In this document: in pieces, positions 56,256 through 64,000 of the stretch
Layout of the letters: the number at the start of each line of letters is the position of its first letter
Position numbering within the stretch: the first letter of the stretch is position 1
IMG/VR virus record: IMGVR_UViG_3300037391_000017
Location: 1 to 64,000 of that record
Length of the DNA stretch: 64,000 bases
Source of the DNA: a virus
Direction: 5' to 3' (one strand)
Translations under genes and position numbers: made by a program
The notes under the pieces: generated by a model
Databases searched by the model: none
What the model saw: only the letters and a program-made list of their open reading frames with translations
Told to the model about the DNA's origin: nothing

Positions 56256-58694
56256 ATGGTTCAAGACAATTCCATTTTCTATCCGCAAGCGCCCGTAACG
56301 CGGGGTCGTACTCAATTGCAGTACGAGATTTTCATTGGTCGCGTGCTCTCCGTTGACCAAGAGCGGATAGTGTTGACACTAGAGGACATACGCGATGGCG
56401 TGATTTACAAGGAAGTTAACATCTTCCCGAGTGAGCATTCGTCGGTTGAATCAACCACCATTCACATGCCCGAGCAGTTCTCGATGTGCGTGGCGTGCCA
56501 AACACTGTACAATCAGGGGTTCAGTCAGGTCACCATCATAAGCTGGATCACGTCGAGCGTGACGAAGGCTCTGGACGCAATTGCTCAACGTCCGATCTCT
56601 GGCACTGTGGTTCAGGGAATGTCGGATCGTTTACGCGGCACCTACCGAAAGGCGTACCCCGGACAGAAGACCTCATCCTACACGGGTGGTTACACGGAAA
56701 AGATTGACACGGGCTGGGATCGCGCTGGGTATGACTTCAGTCGAGACCGTCTCGATCCAGAACGTCGGCAGTGGACTCAGGTCACGGGTCGGCATGTTGG
56801 GTACTCGGACGCTGGTCTCTCCTTCCGTGGCACAGTGAATCGCCCTAATGCGACCAACATTAAGCCCGCCGTGCTTCCCGATGGGAGCTACCAGTACGTG
56901 TATTATCTCGCGCCGGGATCGCAGCCCACTGACCGCTACCTATCGGGCAAACCCGACGTGATTCCATTCGTGGAAAACACGGAACTCACGCAGGAGTTCG
57001 CTCTCGATTATCCGCTACCCGTGGAGCTTATCCAGACTGATCTGTTCGATCAAATTCTTGGCACTACTCAATCCCCGTGGACTCGCACATCCGTTGGCGC
57101 ATTACCCGTAACAGGTGCCGCTGTCGCCGAACCATTCTACGCAACAACGGGTAACCTCCCTCCAGCCGTCACTCCGAATGTTCTAGCGGATAATCAGACC
57201 TACCTCATTCAACAAGGCATTGACCACCCGTATGACACAACGGCAACTCCAGTCGGCCCAACTCTGAACGAGGGCCAAACCCCGCAACGTCGGGCATTCA
57301 TTATTGAGAAGGTCGCTGGTACGCTGGTCGGCTACAACCGTTTTGACAAGGGAACCTATGGTTACGTGCTCAAGCCCGTTCTGTTTCCTTACACATCACA
57401 GGGTCGTTTCGGGGCGGATGTAGATAGTAGTTACTTGGCGGTTAAGGACTCGCCCAACCACGCTGAAGCCCGACTCGCTGCCTCGGCTCTCGCAATTCGG
57501 TTCCCCCACGAGTACAACACGACTCGTCTCGATGTGACCAAAGAGGGATTCACAAGCATGGAAATTGGTTCTACGCTCCCGATGGAGAACAATCAGTTCG
57601 GAGGCGGGTATGAGCACCCGCACGGTGCTGGACGATCTTTGGAAGCCCACTTCGTCGGCAGCGTCAAGGCGGTCGTGGGTAAGAACCGCGATGAGGAAGA
57701 GGCCATCGATCTTCAGGCGTTAGGGCAAGTGGTTGTGCGTCTCGGGGCAGACGATCAGGGATTGCCCAATGCCCGTCGCAGCGTACAGACACAGACTCGT
57801 AGCAAGGCTGATGCCCCAGCAGCCCGCACATTGCAATATTGGGATGCTAACCATCTTGGGTTGAAAGTCGCGGGGGATTCAGGCGTCAACGCCATGGGCT
57901 ACAACAAGACTGGAGCCGAAAGCATTTCGCTTCAGGCGGCATTCGACGGTGCGGCTGTTGTCCGCCTCGGTGCTCGTAACCCAGCGGCACTACGCCGCCA
58001 TCTGATGAATGGCTACATTGATGGCCCGGGCGTTCAAGCATGGAGCGTGGGAGATTCAGGTCGTATGGATTCTCATTCTCCGGGTCGTCCGAATTACGGA
58101 GGAGGAGACAGCAAGTATTCCTTCCACGACATGACAACCGCAGGTGCACCGACCTTGAACATGCTGCCGTACAACACGGCAGCATACAATGCACTCGGTA
58201 CGCCAATCCCCATCAATCCGAATATAACGCCGCAGACGACGGCAATGGATCAGCACGGACTGTCGTTTGATTTTCACTCGGTACGAGACCTGTTGGTTCG
58301 CGTGGGGAAAAACCCAAGTTCTGGGCAGTCCATATTGATTGATTCGGCTGGCGGTTTGGTTGCAACTCTCGGGAAGGACAACCAAGGACGCTCGATCACG
58401 GCATCGTTTGACGGTGGGGTGCAGATCACCATTGCGGCAAACAACAGCGGCAAAGCCCTTCAGATCGAGCTTTTGGGTGATGTTGACATCGTACACGAAG
58501 GCAACTTGCAGTACCTATGCACGGGCGATTTCGTCACGGAATGCACCACGTGGAACCATGTCAGCAAGACCGACACGGTATTTACGCAACAGAAAATGGT
58601 TCAAGCGTCTAACGCACGCCATACAATAGAGGCTCCCGATATCGTGCATAACCAAGGAACTCAGGTTTCAGCACCCGGGGGAGAGAATAGCTAA
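56256..58694 (+). CDS. Central spike (gp5/VgrG-like) protein
   Basis: N-terminal OB-fold pattern IGRVLSVD, C-terminal beta-repeat region; follows the hub gene. Confidence 0.55.
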   Translation: MVQDNSIFYPQAPVTRGRTQLQYEIFIGRVLSVDQERIVLTLEDIRDGVIYKEVNIFPSEHSSVESTTIHMPEQFSMCVACQTLYNQGFSQVTIISWITSSVTKALDAIAQRPISGTVVQGMSDRLRGTYRKAYPGQKTSSYTGGYTEKIDTGWDRAGYDFSRDRLDPERRQWTQVTGRHVGYSDAGLSFRGTVNRPNATNIKPAVLPDGSYQYVYYLAPGSQPTDRYLSGKPDVIPFVENTELTQEFALDYPLPVELIQTDLFDQILGTTQSPWTRTSVGALPVTGAAVAEPFYATTGNLPPAVTPNVLADNQTYLIQQGIDHPYDTTATPVGPTLNEGQTPQRRAFIIEKVAGTLVGYNRFDKGTYGYVLKPVLFPYTSQGRFGADVDSSYLAVKDSPNHAEARLAASALAIRFPHEYNTTRLDVTKEGFTSMEIGSTLPMENNQFGGGYEHPHGAGRSLEAHFVGSVKAVVGKNRDEEEAIDLQALGQVVVRLGADDQGLPNARRSVQTQTRSKADAPAARTLQYWDANHLGLKVAGDSGVNAMGYNKTGAESISLQAAFDGAAVVRLGARNPAALRRHLMNGYIDGPGVQAWSVGDSGRMDSHSPGRPNYGGGDSKYSFHDMTTAGAPTLNMLPYNTAAYNALGTPIPINPNITPQTTAMDQHGLSFDFHSVRDLLVRVGKNPSSGQSILIDSAGGLVATLGKDNQGRSITASFDGGVQITIAANNSGKALQIELLGDVDIVHEGNLQYLCTGDFVTECTTWNHVSKTDTVFTQQKMVQASNARHTIEAPDIVHNQGTQVSAPGGENS

Positions 58695-61600
58695 TGGGAA
58701 GTGCACCTTCAGGCAGTCTTTTTCCGATCTTAACACCGGGGGCAATTGTCCGCCACACCCCTGCTGGCGATCCCACCATCGAGCAATACTACCACCAAGC
58801 GATGGAAGATGGGCGCTTGCTCGAAGCCTGCGTTGGGGATGCCAACAACTGGCTCCTCGAAATGAAGATGCGGATCACCAAGGATATCAACACTTGGTTG
58901 AGCATGAACCAACTCGCCGTGGATGGTCAGCTTGGTCACAGACCCCGAGTGCCGAAGTACATCGCGGATTCAATTCAGTTGTTGCATACCGTTAGCCAGT
59001 ACCAGAAGGAGTTGGCGGGCGTTGCTACGGCTCTCAACCAGAACATCACGCTGCTGCTGACGATGAAAAACACCTTGACGGGATACGTTCAATCGACCTT
59101 GAACGCTCTTGCAAATCTGTTGAATAACATCTGTAATTGGAATCTTCCGAAGATACCATCCCTTCCAGTTTTGCTTGCCAGTGGGCACTTCAATTGGAAC
59201 GGGTTTCAGTTTTCACCGTTGCAGGGGTTTGCTAAATCCATCGGCAACTTGCCAAATCTCAACTTCAATTTCTCGTTCAGCCAGTGCAACCTTTTGAGTT
59301 TGGGTGCCAACCCCACTACTCAGCCGTCCTCGATCACCACGTTGGGCGGACTGACCATCAACCCGTCAGGATTGTTCACCCCGCCGCTCGGCGGCACCAT
59401 AGCGACTGGAACCGAAACTCCAGCGCAAATGCAAGCGATCACCACGCCTCCAATCTACGGGCCTACATTCAATCCAAACTCCTCTATGTTGGGCGCGGTT
59501 CCCGATCCCCACACAATCATCGACAACTACCAGATGCCGCCCGCCACATATCAGAGCAACATCGTGAGTATCGTGCCCGCTCTCCGTGGCGACACCATAG
59601 AACCGACTGATCCCGACTACGCTAATCCGAATCTGACGGTTCGACAGGCGAAGCTTCGCCAAGACTTGGTGCATTACATCACGCTTGAACAGGTGGTCGC
59701 GTCGAACTATGACCCGTTCATCACATCCGCGTGGTTGTTCTACTTGCAAATCTGCCGCACTGGGCGCGGCGGTAACTGGATTACGAATTTCCAAGCGGCC
59801 TACAATCAGTACATCGTGCCGTCTCTCACTTCACTGGCAAACAATCCCGTTCCGTGGAACAATGTCCTCGGCAGTCTCGGTGATTTTTATGAGGGTGCGT
59901 GGCTCGTTGGAACAAACTATTTAGCTGGAGATGTGGTTGTCTATAACAGCACGTTCTACATCGCACTCGTCGCAAACACTGGGTTTGAACCCGATACCAA
60001 CCCCGCCACTTGGCAAACCCCCATTCCCACGGACATCGTGTACCAGAACACGCCCACGGACATACCGCTGATCGATGTGCTCACCGCCGCAGGCGCGGGT
60101 ACGCAAGCTCAACTGAACATTCTGTGGAAGCTGAGCTACGTTGAGGCGTCCTTGCTGGGTTACACTCGGACGACGCTCTGGGATGGCGGTGGGGATTCGA
60201 ACTACCTTTCGGGATTCACTGGAACTGATTTGGATTACGAGCCCACGGCTATCGTTACCACAAATACGACAAGCGAAATTCTGGGATCAGGTACGGCAGC
60301 GTACCCCGTGTCCGTCATCATTCCAACCGCAATCAAGGTGATCTTTGATGAAGTTGTGGCACAAGCGACTCTCAACATTGCGAATGACATAACGTATCAG
60401 TCGCCCTACCCGAAATTCAAGTACGTTTACGATCAGTTCGCCGAGGCTACACTCGTAGACAGATTCACGCAATTCTGGCGGACTTTCAACTACAATTTAT
60501 TGGTGCTGCTGGCTCAAGACCCATACCTCGTGTCGTTCGTGGTAACGTATGAAGGGGCGCTGGACTCCGCGATTGACCCGTTGGGTGACCCCACAGACTA
60601 CAACGCCGTATCAGCGGATGCCGCGAGTCGCAACCGTGGTTGGACGCCCGGAACCCCGCTGTTGAATATCCCGACCGCACCCATCGTTGCATACGTCAAT
60701 TCCACCCCGCCGACCAGTGCGAACAACGGCTGGCTTTCGCCGACCCAATTTGATGCTAACGCATTCTTGATGCGTCCCGACGTTCAGGCACTTCCGATTC
60801 CAACGCAGTTAGCCATGCTGCGGACGAACATTAGCTATGCGGGGCTGAGCCTCTTCCTACAACAGGCGATCACGGGGTTCAACACCGCGATTACCAACGC
60901 CCAAAACGCCATTGCATCGGCATCGCAGTTGGGGTTCTATGTGAGCGCCAATGGTCAAACAGTTACGTCCCCCGTGCCAGTAGTTTTTACAACCACAGGA
61001 GCCAACAATTTTGACATGAGTGGGTACGTCACAGGCCCGTCCACGTTTACCATTCAGAACGCAGGAAACTTCGCGGGATACGGTGAGATTGACTGGGATG
61101 TGACTACGGCGGGTTCTTTTACCATCACGGTGACTCAGAATGGCATTCCGATTTCTACCACAACGTCAGACCTCGTGGTTGGATCACCAGAAGCCATGCA
61201 GTTCTCGTTCACAGGAAATTTCGCGATAGGGGACGTTATACAGGTGATTGCTCAGAGTACGTCCAGTTCACAGATTCTAACGACTGGCTATTTCAGCATG
61301 ATTCAAACAAGCTCAACCCCCGCCCCCGCTCCTCCGTCAGTGGTTGTCATGGATGATTCAAGCCAGTTCACCGCTGACGCCACGATGATTGCGGGCACTG
61401 TAGTGCAGGTACAACCCGATGGCGGGATAGCCCCGCTCAACTTGTTCGTGTCATCGTTGGATTCAACATTAGGAACAAACGCTCAGATTATTGCCCCGAA
61501 TCAGATTCTCGTCACCGTCAATGGGCATTATTTTGTTCCGAGTGACATCATCACGTTTACGGGTACGAGCGGCATAACCCCCGCCGTCAACGGGCCGACT

Positions 61601-62281
61601 GTTGCAGCGATAGTCACCGCAGTGACACCTACGTCGATCACCGCCACACTTTATGGGGTGAACTCTCCCATGTCGTGGGCACCATCCTCAGCGGTAACAA
61701 GCCCCGGAACCATAAATCTCATGGATCAATCGGGAGTCGTCGTTCAATACCCCCTCTCGGATGGTGTTCTAACGGCGGCGGGAGCGATCACCAGTAGCGT
61801 AGCCGCAGGCGTTACCTATGGCGGGCAGTTCGGAGTGGTTGGAGCAAGTTTTGTGGTAGGTGGTTTGGTTTACGCGGGTATGGGCGGCGTCCTGACGCAG
61901 AACTATGCCGCGATCACCGCTTCGCCTCTCACTATCACCGCAACCGCAACCGCTGGCGGCGTGCTTACCGTCACAGCAACCAGTCCAGTTTCGCTTGTCG
62001 GGGCTTCCGTGCTCCTGTACGACACAGCCGAGACCAGCACTTTGAACGGTCAAACGTTCGTCGTCACATCTATGGTTTCCTCGGGTTCCCCGCCGACCTA
62101 CACTGGTTTCAAAACCAGCAGCACATCTACGTCGGGCGTCACCATCCCTGATGGATTGAACAACTCGTCGGACACGGGCACCGCCAATCCAGCCGTGGAT
62201 TATATCGTCTGCGTCGGTCGGGCGGTCTCAGGCACCGAACTCATCTACGAGCCCCACATCCCAACCCTCGTCGTCCCGTAA
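58694..62281 (+). CDS. Large virion structural protein with a CBM5/12-like module
   Basis: GAWLVGTNYLAGDVVVYNSTFYIAL..P...W; beta-rich C-terminus. Confidence 0.6.
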   Translation: MGSAPSGSLFPILTPGAIVRHTPAGDPTIEQYYHQAMEDGRLLEACVGDANNWLLEMKMRITKDINTWLSMNQLAVDGQLGHRPRVPKYIADSIQLLHTVSQYQKELAGVATALNQNITLLLTMKNTLTGYVQSTLNALANLLNNICNWNLPKIPSLPVLLASGHFNWNGFQFSPLQGFAKSIGNLPNLNFNFSFSQCNLLSLGANPTTQPSSITTLGGLTINPSGLFTPPLGGTIATGTETPAQMQAITTPPIYGPTFNPNSSMLGAVPDPHTIIDNYQMPPATYQSNIVSIVPALRGDTIEPTDPDYANPNLTVRQAKLRQDLVHYITLEQVVASNYDPFITSAWLFYLQICRTGRGGNWITNFQAAYNQYIVPSLTSLANNPVPWNNVLGSLGDFYEGAWLVGTNYLAGDVVVYNSTFYIALVANTGFEPDTNPATWQTPIPTDIVYQNTPTDIPLIDVLTAAGAGTQAQLNILWKLSYVEASLLGYTRTTLWDGGGDSNYLSGFTGTDLDYEPTAIVTTNTTSEILGSGTAAYPVSVIIPTAIKVIFDEVVAQATLNIANDITYQSPYPKFKYVYDQFAEATLVDRFTQFWRTFNYNLLVLLAQDPYLVSFVVTYEGALDSAIDPLGDPTDYNAVSADAASRNRGWTPGTPLLNIPTAPIVAYVNSTPPTSANNGWLSPTQFDANAFLMRPDVQALPIPTQLAMLRTNISYAGLSLFLQQAITGFNTAITNAQNAIASASQLGFYVSANGQTVTSPVPVVFTTTGANNFDMSGYVTGPSTFTIQNAGNFAGYGEIDWDVTTAGSFTITVTQNGIPISTTTSDLVVGSPEAMQFSFTGNFAIGDVIQVIAQSTSSSQILTTGYFSMIQTSSTPAPAPPSVVVMDDSSQFTADATMIAGTVVQVQPDGGIAPLNLFVSSLDSTLGTNAQIIAPNQILVTVNGHYFVPSDIITFTGTSGITPAVNGPTVAAIVTAVTPTSITATLYGVNSPMSWAPSSAVTSPGTINLMDQSGVVVQYPLSDGVLTAAGAITSSVAAGVTYGGQFGVVGASFVVGGLVYAGMGGVLTQNYAAITASPLTITATATAGGVLTVTATSPVSLVGASVLLYDTAETSTLNGQTFVVTSMVSSGSPPTYTGFKTSSTSTSGVTIPDGLNNSSDTGTANPAVDYIVCVGRAVSGTELIYEPHIPTLVVP

Positions 62282-62367
62282 CCAGTAACTCCATTGTTTT
62301 CAACGCAGGGATAACCCCTTTCTTTTCAACACATGATGTAAGTCCTTTGTTTTCAACGTATAATTCC

Positions 62368-62397
62368 TATCTTTTCCTGATTATGGGCTGGTATAAT
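62368..62397 (+). promoter_or_regulatory. Conserved promoter TATCTT-N18-TATAAT
   Basis: attccta context and 18-nt spacer as in the other copies. Confidence 0.65.
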
Positions 62398-62440
62398 AGT
62401 GGGAGCGATAGTAAAATGGAACGAGAGAAAGGGGACGACT

Positions 62441-62977
62441 ATGAAAAACATACGAGCACTTCTGGTACTCGCTGTTCTGACGATCACCCCGATTTTCGCT
62501 CGGGCACAGGCGGTGGACACCGACAAGGTGCACTCTCTGGCGGTCGCTATCGCCAAGGCTGAGGGCTTCGGCGTCAAGGGCACCGTCCCTACTCGCTACC
62601 ACAACCCGGGCGACATCCGCAGCCGCCTGCCACACGCCTACAAGGGTCAGATCGGCCTCAACCATCAGGGGTACGTGATCTTCAAGAACGACAAAGCTGG
62701 CTTCGCGGCTCTCGAAACAAATCTGCTTCTGATGGCTTCGGGCGATTCCAAGTTCTATGGCCCTAGCATGACCATTACCAAGGTCGCCAAGGTGTACGCT
62801 ACTGGCTGGCGGCTCTGGTCGAAGAACGTTTGCAAGACCCTCGGCGTGCCGCCGACCACCACCCTGCGGGCGTACTTCACGCCTGAGGAGATCGTGGCTC
62901 CGACCGTCCCCATGACCTCCGTGATGATCGAACTCCCCAACATGGGAATTGTGCTTCCCATTCTTGCGGAAAATTAG
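62441..62977 (+). CDS. Secreted lysozyme-like protein
   Basis: Signal peptide (ARA/Q); AIAKAEGF, HNPGDI, YAT, WSKNV. Confidence 0.65.
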   Translation: MKNIRALLVLAVLTITPIFARAQAVDTDKVHSLAVAIAKAEGFGVKGTVPTRYHNPGDIRSRLPHAYKGQIGLNHQGYVIFKNDKAGFAALETNLLLMASGDSKFYGPSMTITKVAKVYATGWRLWSKNVCKTLGVPPTTTLRAYFTPEEIVAPTVPMTSVMIELPNMGIVLPILAEN

Positions 62978-62989
62978 TATCATAGAAGT

Positions 62990-63238
62990 ATGAAAGTAAT
63001 CCGCGTTGATTTACCACCTGAATTGCATGAGTACCTAACGACCGTCATCAAGCGGTATTCGTCAGCGGGCATCGACCCCGAAGAGGGGATGATCCTGTTC
63101 CACCTGTGGGACTTCGTTGCTAAGCGAGCGCAGGTCATCGAACTCGACATGCCGAAAGCCACTACCGCCCCCACTCCGCAGCCGCCAGTTCAGGTTCCTA
63201 ACCCACCAGCCGACGAGGATGATCTAGGGGATCGGTAA
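62990..63238 (+). CDS. Hypothetical protein
   Basis: TATCAT-N6-ATG. Confidence 0.6.
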   Translation: MKVIRVDLPPELHEYLTTVIKRYSSAGIDPEEGMILFHLWDFVAKRAQVIELDMPKATTAPTPQPPVQVPNPPADEDDLGDR

Positions 63239-63510
63239 TGCTGCCCCTTCTTCGCCTCTTCGTGTTGCACCATCTGCATCTCGCAATCGCAGTGGACGCC
63301 GCGCTCCATGGCTTGACCATCGGCCTGTCCATTCTCGCGTTGATCTGGACTTTCAAATTCATCAAAGCGGTTAGAGCCCATCCCCGAGCAACCAAAAAAG
63401 CGAAGTTGATTTCCTACTGCATGGTTCCGATTGTTCTGTCCTTCATCGTCAATACGTTCCAGAGTTTTTATGCTTGTGCTACTCAGTATCACCAATGGTG
63501 GAATCGATAA
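63238..63510 (+). CDS. Two-TM membrane protein
   Basis: TAATG coupling; hydrophobic segments. Confidence 0.55.
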   Translation: MLPLLRLFVLHHLHLAIAVDAALHGLTIGLSILALIWTFKFIKAVRAHPRATKKAKLISYCMVPIVLSFIVNTFQSFYACATQYHQWWNR

Positions 63511-63911
63511 TGAAACGCATCCTCGCTGTCGTACTTTTCGCACTATCCGCAGTGGCTTTTGCTCAAACCCCAACTCTCACAGGCAAGTGGACAATCGAAT
63601 GGATGAAACCGGGAGGCAGCAAAACAAACAAGGTCACGCTGACGGAGACCAATTCCCTAATCACTGGAACCTACGCCTCTGACTACGGCGAAGTCTGCAA
63701 GGTCAGTGGTCGTTCCGCCGAGAGGATCACGCTTCGTGTCGAGTGCGCCTACTGGCACATGACGATGGACGGCAAATTCTCGGATGACGAGATTGACGGC
63801 ACTTACACTACCTCGGGCGAAACCCCTACGAATCGTCATTGGGAAGGCGCGGGCGAGTTTGACATGACGAGAGACGCCTGCTGGTTGCCTGAGGGCTGCG
63901 GCGGCAAATAA
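63510..63911 (+). CDS. Secreted small beta-barrel protein
   Basis: Signal peptide MKRILAVVLF..AFA/Q; LTGKW; ITGTY. Confidence 0.65.
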   Translation: MKRILAVVLFALSAVAFAQTPTLTGKWTIEWMKPGGSKTNKVTLTETNSLITGTYASDYGEVCKVSGRSAERITLRVECAYWHMTMDGKFSDDEIDGTYTTSGETPTNRHWEGAGEFDMTRDACWLPEGCGGK

Positions 63912-64000
63912 TGGCTGATCTAGACAACCCATATCGGATGCTCCCGACCGACGACGGCGGGCAAAGCTATCAGATGGAGTGCGTCTTCTGTAAAGAGTGG

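Noticed and set aside
1-64000. Stop-codon recoding or suppressor tRNA
   Set aside because: Genes are full length in code 11 with all three stops used; no clean suppressor anticodon found.

Overview
This window is a 64 kb segment of a large tailed dsDNA phage, probably jumbo-class, infecting a diderm host (it encodes a lipoprotein and an outer-membrane beta-barrel). Positions 1-44.5 kb are mostly minus-strand and carry recombination, replication and nucleotide genes (Rad50-like N-half, RecA, RuvC-like, SSB-like, HU, DEDDh exonuclease, MazG-like, DinG, HhH glycosylase, class II RNR, DnaC-like loader, DUF1376 initiator, DnaB), a SNIPE-like membrane nuclease, two fibre-like proteins (one with an ice-binding DUF3494 domain) and an RNA island at about 30.3-37.3 kb. 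Positions 44.6-64 kb are plus-strand tail, baseplate and lysis-type genes. Main discovery: the island holds 16 tRNAs that form the complete bacterial decoder set for GNN codons (Val, Ala, Asp, Glu, Gly) plus Cys, an RNase P RNA and anticodon-less Ala-identity tRNA mimics. Fifteen of the tRNAs lie behind a promoter, a 43-codon leader peptide that samples 15 of the 16 GNN codons plus a Cys codon, and a mutually exclusive antiterminator/terminator pair. This looks like a ribosome-mediated attenuator that switches on the tRNA array when those same tRNAs become limiting. All calls come from reading motifs and pairing by eye; no database searches or folding programs were run.
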